NCBI RefSeq assembly: GCF_001194135.2
Contig: NC_068992.1
Location: 61,629,567-61,693,566, forward strand
DNA: 64,000 nt
DNA from: Octopus bimaculoides
Lineage: Eukaryota
Direction of reading: 5' to 3'
The translations under genes were made by a program, and so were the position numbers. The first letter of the stretch is position 1, and every line of letters starts with the position of its first letter. Below the pieces are notes generated by a model. That model worked only from the letters and a program-made list of their open reading frames with translations, was not told the origin of the DNA and did no database searches. Shown here piece by piece: positions 1-11,382 of this stretch.

Positions 1-30
1 AAAGAGATATTTTCTGAATTTATATTCCAG

Positions 31-234
31 GCAAAAATTGGCTGTTGAAAATTATTTCTCCTGAAGAACATGAACGAAATTTCACTGTAGAAATAATTCA
101 AGACAAGTTATCTTCCTTCTCCAGAGACTTGTCATGGAATCATCTAACTATATATGGAGCTAGATATATCAGATATTTTAATCTGAAGACATATGAAGAG
201 GGTGAAATCACAAGTCTGAAACTCCATTTCGTTG
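31..234 (+). CDS. Probable internal exon (phase 1-1, 204 nt) of the + strand membrane-protein gene, extracellular region
   Basis: Acceptor tatattccag| ends at 30 and donor |gtaaat starts at 235. Open frame xGC-KNWLLKIISPEEHERNFTVEIIQDKLSSFSRDLSWNHLTIYGARYIRYFNLKTYEEGEITSLKLHFV-G. Phase-compatible with exon 8176-8235. No domain recognised. Confidence 0.55.
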
Positions 235-1308
235 GTAAATCTCTGAAAATCAATGAAGTAAATATATTTTCTTAACCTATTTTAAAATATCTAAAGATGA
301 CTGAGAGGCAGATTGCATGTTTTAAGGGAGTAAATTTGGTACTTCAAAATGGCTGAGCCCACACTCTCAGTGGAACCAAGTTTACTCCTCATTCTTTTCT
401 AAAACATACTTATAATGATGGATAGCCCTAGACCTGTCCCCCACTACACACATTCTCCTTTCAGTTCTGATCCTCCTATCTTCTCAACCTTATAACTAAC
501 CCTTCTCTTCTTCCCTGTTCCCTGCCTCATTTCCTTCATCCTCCCCTCCAACTTACCATCCCTGATCTCTGGTGGTGGCGGTGGTGGTGGTGGTGGTGGT
601 GGTGATGATTATGATCATGATGATCATGATGATCACTATCTTCATGTCAGTGTAATCAACTAAACCCCTCCCTCACAAGGTGTTACCCTACCACCTGAAT
701 AACTGAAAATTCATCACCAATGTCGCTTACTTCTTTCTGGTCTATTCCACTACAGTGCATATAGGTATCCCATATGATACATCTTACAGCTGAAAGTTGT
801 GAGAGCAAAGTAAATTGTTGATTGTTCTACTGAGCCTCAGTACTAAATCCACATCCACTCTTTTAATTAATAGGGAAAATGTTAATAACCCCTTGATAGC
901 TACATCTGGTTAGGAGAAAAGTCAATCAGTGGAATCTATTCATCAAGCTTTTGTGATATGAATATTATTGGCTATTTGATTGATTGAGTGATTGATTGAT
1001 TGATTTGGAGGGAAGTGGGATGGAAAATATTTAAAGTGTCTCCCCTACAGAATGTTGACACCAATAGAGAATGCAAGGACAAACAACATCAACACCTTGA
1101 CAAGAAACTGAAGAAAATCATAATGAGTGTTCAATCAGGTGAGTTATATTAATGAAATTTCAAATCTATCATTTCAGGTAAATTTGATCAACAATTTCAC
1201 AGAGTATAAATTCAAAACAAATGAAGGAAACAAAACTCAGGATAACTTGGTGACAGAATTTATCCGAACAATAAAAGGTATTTGGTGTACTGAAATTGTT
1301 TTATTTAA

Positions 1309-1528
1309 CCCTTTGGCATTTTAACTGGTCATATCCAGCCAAAATATTCTACCTGTTTTATGTTCAAACTGGCCAGATTTGACCTCACACATAACCTTAC
1401 AATGTCATTCTAACGATAAATAGTCTCCTCATCAAAATCTTAAAGCTACAAGATATTGCATGGTTAATTCAAAACAATGTGAATAACAAAAACATTACTT
1501 TTAACAGAATAATGTGAATGTTAAAGGG
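1309..1528. mobile_element. piggyBac-type MITE (220 bp)
   Basis: TTAA at 1305-1308 and 1529-1532. Terminal inverted repeats ccctttggcatt / aatgttaaaggg. Confidence 0.85.
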
Positions 1529-1743
1529 TTAAATATTGTTTGTTTTAAATGTCAGACATCAACATCATTATAAAGAGGCACATCTATGCATATACAGACA
1601 AATACAGTCACATACATACACACCTATTCCCATTACGTATATACAAACATAAGCTGGTTGGGTGGATAATGTAGTAAACAATCAAAATGAATCTGTGATT
1701 TTTAACTGTATGTCTATTAAATATCTTTCTATCCACCCGCCGG

Positions 1744-2299
1744 TTGAAAAGCCTTTATCAACAAACATCTGAAGACTCAGACATGTCCTGGATGCACATG
1801 AAGAAATAAATCTAAATATCCTTTAGGGCAGGCAGGCAATATATCATCAGTTGCTTATGAAGTGCAGGTATCAGCAAACTATGGCAATGGCTGGACAGAG
1901 GCTAAGTGTTATATTGAATCAGAGGAAGGAAAATTTAAATCCAAATACAAAAACTATCTTTCAGAATTTAGACATGCAACAACCACCTTGGCATTAGTCT
2001 AGAAGCTTCAGGATTAGAACATCAGCTACAACATCAAATGGAAGAGCCTTTCTAAGACCAGACATTATGTTAACAGGTCAAAAATATATTTCATATGCTC
2101 GCCTGAATAACTGTATCTTTTTTTTTAAAAAAAGCTCCAATGACAGTAAATACCAAAAGTGAGAATGTTTCTTCATATCTGCATTTTACAAGGTACTTCT
2201 TAGTAGAAATTAAGGATAAACCAATTGGCACATAATAAACCATTGTAGTGTTAGTACGTGTAATTCTGATACTCATAAGACATTGGCTATAATTACAGT
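1744..2299 (+). pseudogene. Decayed fibronectin-type-III-like exon(s)
   Basis: Fragments in shifting frames: EKPLSTNI*..INLNIL*, AGNISSVAYEVQVSANYGNGWTEAKC, SFRIRTSATTSNGRAFLRPDIMLT, APMTVNTKSENVSSYLHFTRYFLVEIKDKPIGT*. These resemble FN3 strands (YEVQV, FRIR), with stops, frameshifts and weak splice sites. Confidence 0.3.
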
Positions 2300-2499
2300 A
2301 AAGTTAATTATTTCCCTGTGTTTCTCTGTTTTTTTCTAAATGTCTGTGCTCATTTAAACATCAATTCCACCAAACACAGTTGCTAAGCCATCTTGTTGCT
2401 TTTAACAGCTTCATAAATGGTAAAACATGAATATTTCAACCAAGAAATCCTGAGTAGCTGTAGTGCAGTCCCTGAGGCTTATCATATTTGCTATAAGAT

Positions 2500-2532
<33 letters not shown>

Positions 2533-2550
2533 TATATATATACATATATG

Positions 2551-2985
2551 ACACAAGAAAAGCGCCATCTGAACATGGTCGATGCCAGGTCCACCTGACT
2601 AACTCCTGTGCCAGTGGCACGTAAAAAGCACCATTCATATGAGGCTGATGCTAGTACCCACTGACTGGCTTTCATGACAGTGGCACGTAAAAAGCTGATG
2701 CCAGTACCCCCAACTGGCCCCCATGCCGATGGCACATAAAAAGCAACATCCGAACGTGATCGATATCAAGCCCGCCTGACTGGCTCCTGTGCTAGTGGCA
2801 CATAAAAAGCACCCACTACATTCTCAGAGTGGCTGGCATTAGGAAGGGCATCCAGCTGTAGAAACATTGTCAGATCAGATTGGAGCCTGGTGCAGCTGCT
2901 GGCTCTCCAAACCTCAGTCAAACCATCCAACCCATGCCAGCATGGAAAACGGACGTTAAACGACGACGATGATGATGATGATGAT
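2551..2985 (+). mobile_element. RTE-clade LINE 3' UTR fragment with (GAT)n tail
   Basis: Same 3' UTR as the RT-bearing copies at 4355-5412 and 35285-36410. Four tggcacgtaaaaagc units, then ...ggacgttaaacgacgacgatgatgat. Confidence 0.8.
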
Positions 2986-3504
2986 ATATATATATATAAT
3001 CATATAAAATATGTTCATCTGCCAGAGAGACAAGGACCATCCAATCATCCTTGAAATGACTGATGACTTGAATGGTGACTTGGTTTAAAATGAAGAAGAG
3101 CTGAACATCATTATCTTCACTCTCTCATCCATGACCATCTTCAGTCCAGTGGGGATTGAAACTGATGCTGTGGATGACCAAGATGTCTTAGTTGCCCATC
3201 CTCCTCTTTGCATTTCACAATATGTTGTTGCAGGCACCTTCTCTGTTGAACCATGACATTTTCTTCTTCAGAGTCCACTGGATCCTGTCTTCAATGGTAT
3301 AGATAAGAAAGCTCTAACATACTTAATTAATTGATAGTTGAAATCCTAAATGGGTGCTACTATTCTGGGTCAAAGCAGACCAAGGAACAGTAGTGGCTAA
3401 GAATTGGTTTCTCAGACAGTACAAAACTGCAGTAGACACAATATCTTCAATCAACAACATCGCAATCCTGGATACTCTGCAACATCTGCAATAATAATAA
3501 TCAT

Positions 3505-3910
3505 AAACTGTAAAGATTGTGCCATAATAATTGGAACATTGAGAACTGTAAGTAAAGATATAGTCAAATGGTTGAAGGAGATAGGAATGGAATGTCCTGT
3601 AGAGTGTCTACAAAAAGTTTGCAGCTACAAATGTCAAGCATAAAGGTTGTCTCTATTGTCATCGGAACATTGGATTCACTGCTACCCAACCTGAAGAAAC
3701 ATCTGGAAACTTTAGAAATACCCTACAATCTAGGTGTATCGTAAAAATCAGCATTTCTTGAGACTGCATGCGTATTGTGTAAAGAACTGTCTGTCTGAGG
3801 TAATTGTGACTTGACAGACAGCACAAGCACCTGGTACACACAATATCTTCAATCAACCACATCAAGATATTGGATACTGTGTGGTGTCTTAAATAATAAT
3901 AATGATAATA
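3505..3910 (+). mobile_element. Two adjacent C-terminal relics of an RLE-type non-LTR retrotransposon (R4/NeSL/HERO-like)
   Basis: IIIGTLRTVSKDIVKWLKEIGMECPVECLQKVC (about 3520-3622) and IKVVSIVIGTLDSLLPNLKKHLETLEIPYNLGVS*KSAFLETACVLCKELSV* (3640-3798) both fit the VIGALG...LQK..LLGTA.ILRKVL end of RLE elements. (AAT)n tail follows. Confidence 0.6.
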
Positions 3911-4154
3911 TTTAAGGATTGATGTTACTCTTCCAGAAAGTAAAGAAACAATAAGACGAGTGCAACTATTATCGAATGAACAATATTTTGACACTCTTCT
4001 TATTGTTTCTTTACTTTCTGCAGGAGTAACATCAATTCTTTGAATATTACCAAAATGAAGTAGATTGAGATGATTATTTTGAACTTGTGGAAGATACACA
4101 AAGTGTCGAAATATTGTTTATTTGATAACAGTCGCACTCTTCTTATTGCTTCTT

Positions 4155-4212
4155 TAATAATGATAATAATAATAATAATAATGATAATAATAATAATAAT
4201 AATAATAATCAT
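4155..4212. repeat. (AAT)n microsatellite
   Basis: Direct reading; source of the poly-Ile ORF. Confidence 0.95.
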
Positions 4213-4354
4213 TGCTTAAAGTCTGTTTTCCATGCTGGCATGGGTTGTATGGTTCGACTGGGGTCTGGGAAGCCAGGAGACTGCACCAGGCCCCAATCTG
4301 ATCTGGCAGTGTTTCTACAGCTGGATGCCCTTCCTAATGCCAACCACTCCGAGA

Positions 4355-4358
4355 GTGT

Positions 4359-4400
<42 letters not shown>

Positions 4401-5412
4401 GTCATCATTTAACGTCCACTTTCCATGCTGGCATGGGTTGGATGGTTTGACTGAGGACTGGTGAGCCAGAAAGCTGCACCAGGCTCGATCTGATCTGGCA
4501 AAGTTTCTACAGCTGGATGCCCTTCCTAATGCCAACCACTCTGAGAGTGTAGTGGGTGCTTTTACGTGCCACCAGCACAAAGGCCAGTCAGGTGGTTCTG
4601 GCAACGACCATGCTCAAAAGGTGTTTTTTTACATGCTACCTGCATGAGAGCCAGTTCGGTGGCACTGGCCAATCAGGTGGTACTGTCTTCGGCCACATCA
4701 GCAATTTTGATTTTACTGGGTGCTTTTTATGTGCCACCGACACAGGGGCCAGAGGAGCTGGCATCGACCATGATCGGATGGTGCTTTTTACATGCCACCA
4801 GCACAGAAGCCAGTCAAAGCAGCACTGGTATCGACCACGTTCAGGTGGTGCTTTTTACGAGCTACCAGCACAGGGGTCACAACTACAATTTCCATTTGAT
4901 TTGATTTTGATATTGATGTTGATGTTGATGTACTTGACTCAATAGGTCTCTTCAAGCATGGAATGTTGCCCTACAATCCAAGGTACTTTTGAGTGGGCTG
5001 GTTATGCGACACTGGTGTAGGTTACAGCTGTGAACTCACTTTATTTGCCGGGTCTTCTCAGTCACAGCATACTTCCAGAGGTCCTGGTCTTTTGTGATTG
5101 CCTCTGTGAGGCCCAATGTTTGAAGGTCATACTTCATCACCTCATCCCATGTCTTCTTCAGTCTCCCTCTAACCCAGATTCCTTCCACTGTTTGGGAGTG
5201 GCACTTCACACAGCTCCCCTCATCCATCCACAGTACATGACCATACCAGCACAGTCGTCTCCCTTGCATGCCACATCCGATATTTCTTCCGTCTAACATT
5301 TCTCTCAGGGCACTTACACTCAGTCATGTGTGCACACTGACATTACACATCCAGCGGATCATGCTAGCTTCATTTCTTTCGAGCCTACACATGTCTTCAG
5401 CAGTCACGTGCT
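4355..5412 (-). mobile_element. 5'-truncated RTE-clade LINE (RT C-terminus, 3' UTR, (GAT)n tail)
   Basis: Minus strand reads VTAEDMCRLERNEASMIRWMCNV...RRLCWYGHVLWMDEGSCVKCHSQTVEGIWVRGRLKKTWDEVMKYDL...K*. WYGHV/GRP..TW is the RTE ORF C-terminus. An extra copy of the 3' end lies at about 4212-4350. Confidence 0.85.
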
Positions 5413-5429
5413 GTTGACCTTGATATAGG

Positions 5430-6414
<985 letters not shown>

Positions 6415-6420
<6 letters not shown>

Positions 6421-7745
6421 TTATTCACCATCAGAGTGAAGGATGAGGGGGCAATACAAGGATGGACATAAAGTATAGAGGTTTACATATAATGAAATGA
6501 TTAAAAAGGGAGAAAAGTATACACAATATACAATAAAACAAAGAAGTGAAGAGTACATAGTACACAACAGTTAAAGGAAAGAAGTAAAATTAAAAGTTGA
6601 AAGTGATGTGTACTTTCTGATTCAGGAGGACCTCTATGGATAAGCAAGAAACTCCACTGTCCAAGATCTCCCTGAACAACTAGGGAAAGTGTTGTCTCCA
6701 ATTCCTTTTCTCTAATTCACAGATCTATACTTAGAGCAGTCCCATTCACTCCCATCATTTTCACAACTTCCCCACCCCTTTCAATAAATTTACTTGAGGA
6801 CAGCACCTCCCTATACTGAACAAGTGTGTGCTGAACAGTTTTGTTCTGTGCACACGTCAGACAAGCTCGTCTAATAGCACATCCATGCCTGTAGTGTTTA
6901 TCTCAAACTCATAGCCACTCCAGTAGTACTGGCAAGCCAAGGGCTTGTGGAAATTATCCATAGTAGTCCTTGTTCAGAAAGTCCCTCTGAACAAACTAGC
7001 CAGTTTGTTTCCATCAACATCGAGGGCTTCCCCAATGACATTGTTGCATTTCCCCACCACTAATCCTCTGTATATTGCTAAAGGGGAACATCCACCTATC
7101 ACATTGCCCAACTGGTAAAGGACTGTCAGCATCTGACATCCCTCTAAGTGCCAGGTGCCCAGCCTCAGTTTGGATAAAGGAAATTGCCCTTGGCCAACTG
7201 TTGCTCTTCAATCTGCAGACACATGCTCAGAGTAGGGTCATTCACTTCCATTATTTCCACAGTCACTCATCTTTTCACAAGTTCACTGGGAGATAGCACT
7301 CCCCTCTCTATCCTTGCTTTCCTTTCCAAGCGGAACTTGAAAAAGTTAATGAGAGCTTGACTGAAGAGGACAGTGTCTTTCCTCAACCCTTTGAGCGTCA
7401 TCCATCGCACAAACTCATTTGCCATAGCCTCTAGACAGAGAAATACTGCCTGCTCTGTTTTGTTTAAGGCAGGTAGTGAGGCTATCTTCATGTTGGACTC
7501 AGCTGATAATCAGATCTTTCCTACATGTGATAAACAGCTGCTCAACATTACTTCACAAGTCAGCAATACTCAAACTATGCATGAGTGCATACAGTATGGC
7601 TTTGTCAATCTGCACACAACTCAGATAGTCCTGTCTAACAGCAGTTACCTTGAACTGACAATGCTCCTCAGTAACACTGCCAGGCCAGGGATTTCTGGAA
7701 ATCATTCATGGTAATTCCTAGCACAAAAGTCCACTGAAACAGACC
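6415..7745 (-). mobile_element. Tx1/L1-clade LINE ORF2 3' relics (zf-RVT region) with 3' UTR
   Basis: Minus strand: LAGLFQWTFVLGITMNDFQKSLAWQCY*GAL (about 7735-7640) and EQAVFLCLEAMANEFVRWMTLKGL...INFFKFRLERKARIER (7267-7491). Second copy IYRGLVVGKCNNVIGEALDVDGNKLASLFRGTF*TRTTMDNFHKPLACQYY..DKHYRHG..CLTC..TVQHTLVQ (about 7080-6815). T-rich UTR ends gaataaaagaaatc plus (ATC)n. Confidence 0.65.
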
Positions 7746-8175
7746 AGCTTGTTCTTCCCAATCAACAATATAATAATATTATACATGCACACACACACAC
7801 ACACACAAATATTGAGATAGATAGCTAGATAGACAGACACAGACAGACAGACAGACAGACACCAGTGTGTGTGTGTGTGTGTTGGTAAGAGAAAGGTTAT
7901 CTGGCCTTAGGAGATCTGCTTCAACAATAATGTGGACATCAAAATAATGATGATGATATTAGCTATCTATTCATCATTTCATGTTGTCATCAGCTATTTC
8001 TTCCGTCCAAGAATTTCTTCCTGACTGAATGATTCCTCTAAATTGATGATATTGATGACTGAGATTGACAATCCCCACAAAAAACTGGATTGGACTTCTC
8101 AGATCAATAATAATGTTTGTGTATTTCAGAGATATTTTGTCAGTTTTTAATTAAAATTTATTCCTTACTTTTTAG

Positions 8176-8235
8176 AGAAACAAGAGAAACGTGAGAAAAT
8201 ACATTCTAATGAATCAAATCTCATCATGAAAATAG
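8176..8235 (+). CDS. Juxtamembrane exon (60 nt, phase 1-1) of single-pass membrane protein
   Basis: Acceptor ttccttactttttag|, donor |gtaatt. Only the phase-1 frame is open: KQEKREKIHSNESNLIMKI. Splices in frame to 9333. Confidence 0.75.
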
Positions 8236-8547
8236 GTAATTGTTTTTCTTTATACATCATCTTATTATTTTTCTTTATAATTTTTTCATTCTGAAACTGC
8301 ATGTTTTCAAGTTCAGTCCCTCTACATGCTATCTTGGACAAATGTTGTCATCAATATCCTGGGGCTGAAGATCCAGTGCCTCTGAGTGAATTTGAAATTA
8401 TTATCTGAGTATCACTGGAATGGTACCCACTCAATGTCATGTATTGAAAATAGGGGTCATGTTCTGTCCTGGTTTGTTAGTTATGAATACCAGTTAATCC
8501 TCCTCAAACATGATTTTATAATTGGGAGTGAATTTTTTGTATGAGTT

Positions 8548-8690
8548 TAACCCTTTTTGTTACCATATTTCTATTCAAATACTCTACATTAGTTTTAATT
8601 AACTTTGAAAATAAATTTGCCATTATTAAGCTGGTATTTGGCAGTTTAAAAACTGCAGCTGAATGAAAAATAGGGAGTAAAATGAGGTTA
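8548..8690. mobile_element. Partial piggyBac-type MITE
   Basis: Starts ttaaccctttttgttacc; internal similarity to the copy at about 49105-49287 that ends gggttaa. Confidence 0.5.
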
Positions 8691-9332
8691 ACAAGTTTAA
8701 CACATTAACTCCCCCACCCCAAAATATTTAATTAACTCTTAAAATCATATTGAAAATTTTCCAAGACAAAAGCCCAGTCTTGTAATAATTATGTGACAAA
8801 ACAAAACTGAATGATAGAAGGGATTAGAGCTTTTTTCCCTTATATTAGACACTTCTCTACTGCCCTCCAAATAAACATAAACAAGGTTTACTTGTGGTGT
8901 TGGATTATAGTACCAGAAGTTAAGAGTTAAAATTACACTCATGATGGAAAGGAAAATCCTTAGCATTAATGATAATCCTTGTTAAAAAGAGGAGTGACAA
9001 CTTCAACATTCAAACAATTGGAATTATGCAGTAGGGAGAGTGTGGGGTTTGATAAGAACGAATACCAGTATATTTTATTGAAGAGGTTTAATAAGACCAA
9101 AACATAGCTCGCCCTATGTCTCCATTCAATTTTTTATTGATTTCCATCTTGAAATTGCCTCTCTTGATTTTGACAGCAATTATCACCACAGCTAATTAAT
9201 TTTCTTTTAATTACTTTTGTAATTTTGAATGATGACAAATTTATTTTTGATTATTACATTAGGTATATTAGCTGCTACTTAAGTATACATAAAATATTGC
9301 TTGATTGAGCATCCTATTGTTTTCTTCTTTAG

Positions 9333-9396
9333 TTGTTGGCCTCTTTGGAGTCATCATATTATTCTTGATCATCATCATCATCATACTCATTGCCAG
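9333..9396 (+). CDS. Transmembrane exon (64 nt, phase 1-2)
   Basis: Acceptor ttttcttctttag|, donor ag|gtaaaa. Encodes V-VGLFGVIILFLIIIIIILIA-R, a 20-residue hydrophobic helix ending in Arg. Phases join 8235 and 14715 with no frameshift. Confidence 0.85.
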
Positions 9397-9453
9397 GTAA
9401 AACTCTTATATTATTATTCTTTACTCTCATTTTATTTCATTCTTGTGTTTGCA

Positions 9454-9494
<41 letters not shown>

Positions 9495-10067
9495 ATGCGT
9501 GCATGCATGTATGTGCGTGCATGTGTATAGTTATGCTTGTATTTATCTGTATGTATGTATGTTTTCTTCATAGATAGTGAGTAGAACATTACCAGAGTGT
9601 GTGTGTGTGCATGTGCGTGTGTGTGTGTGTAAAACATACAGACATGACCATATGTTTAAGAAGTTTGCATTTGAGTTCACTTCTACTCTATGTAGCATGG
9701 GCAAGCATCATCTGCTTTAACCCTGGGCTGCCTAAAACCTGATGAATGGATCTGGTAGAAAAACTGAGATACCCATCATATATATGTTTTTGTACATGTC
9801 AATGTATGAACACTCCATTTTGTTTAACATTTAGTTTTTAACAATTACTGTAATTAGGAAGGAAAGAATAAATGAAAATGATTTTGATTTTTAATTTTTA
9901 ATTTTATTAAAGGATAATTTAAATGTTTTCAGCGATATATAGACACATTTCCGGATTATAACTTCATTATCATAGTTTGAAGGCTAATTCTGAATAACCC
10001 CAACCCTAACCCTATTAAATGGAGACATACATACATGCATGCATACATATATACATATGCACACATG

Positions 10068-10098
<31 letters not shown>

Positions 10099-10621
10099 AT
10101 GCTAATATATATTCATTCATACAAATGTGTGTATGCACATGCATATGGCTAGAAGTGGCAGAGATCAAGAGAGATGGGGAGTTATATTTTCATCCAATTA
10201 TATATATATATATCATTCAATGTACACAGTATAAAGATGAGAACTACTAAAGATTGCATGAAGACACAAGGCACGTTATGAAAACATGCTTTGTGTCTTC
10301 AAACAATCTTTGGGCTTTGGGCACATACTCTGTTCCATTTAAAAATTAGAGTGCTAATACATGGTAAATCACAAGAATAAAAATGAGAATGTTGCTGCAA
10401 AAAGTGGATTAGTGAATATAAGCAGAAAAAAAATCTTGAGCTTAGAGCCTGAAGATTGGTTGCAGACACAAAGTACCTTATAAAAACCGACCTAGACATG
10501 TGTCTTTACAAGACTATTAGCACCTCTCATCTTTATACTGTGTATATTAAATGATATTTGTCTCTCACTGGAATAATTTCTTGTTGATCTTACCTTAATC
10601 CATTTCTCACATGCACGCACG

Positions 10622-10669
<48 letters not shown>

Positions 10670-10689
10670 CATATATAGTAAATCCCAAA

Positions 10690-10870
10690 AAGAACAAACA
10701 CAAAAACACAACATAAGGACAAGGTGCATGTAATGTATTAGCAGACACTCAGGGAAGGAAAGAAAGATGGTTTAACATTTCAAGCAGATGCTCTTCTTCA
10801 GAAATAGAGAAAAGTCCAATAGAAGGGAAGACGGACGAAGAAATTTGCCAACGATTCACATGTAGTTACA
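10690..10870 (-). mobile_element. Penelope-like terminal-repeat relic with hammerhead-like core
   Basis: Minus strand CTGAAGA-AGAGC-ATCT-GCTT-GAAA at about 10778-10801; layout resembles 51590-51745. Confidence 0.4.
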
Positions 10871-11348
10871 TTTTGAAATGACCAGAAGGGAATGGGTGAA
10901 GAAAAAATTATTTCTAAGACAAGAGAGTGTAAGAGAAGGAGGTATGTGTGGGTATGTGCATGCCTCCAAGTCTGTATGTGTAATAGCACGTTTGTGTGCA
11001 TATGTGTGTGTGTGTGTGTGGTTTTAGCTGTTTATATGTGTATGTGTGAGTGAACTTTGTGTCGCTTAATGTTGTAGAAAGAATTAAGTAGCAAGAGTGG
11101 CAGTCTTTTGTGTAGTTGTGTGTCTCTTCACATGTATGTAGGAGAATGGTCAATAGAAAGGTGTTTAACTGGTAGTTTGAAGTATGTGTGTGTGTGTGTA
11201 CGTGTGTGCATGTATGTATATGTTGTGTGTGCGTGTGTTTTGTATATAATGTGTGCTTGCGTATGTGTGTATGTGCGTGCGTATGTGTGTATGTGTGTGT
11301 ATGTATGTGTGTATGTGGGGGGGTGTCTGTGGAGTATATGTGCATTCC

Positions 11349-11382
<34 letters not shown>

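Noticed and set aside
7990-8105. Possible minus-strand exon (DLRSPIQFFVGIVNLSHQ...)
   Set aside because: No convincing splice sites or partner exons.
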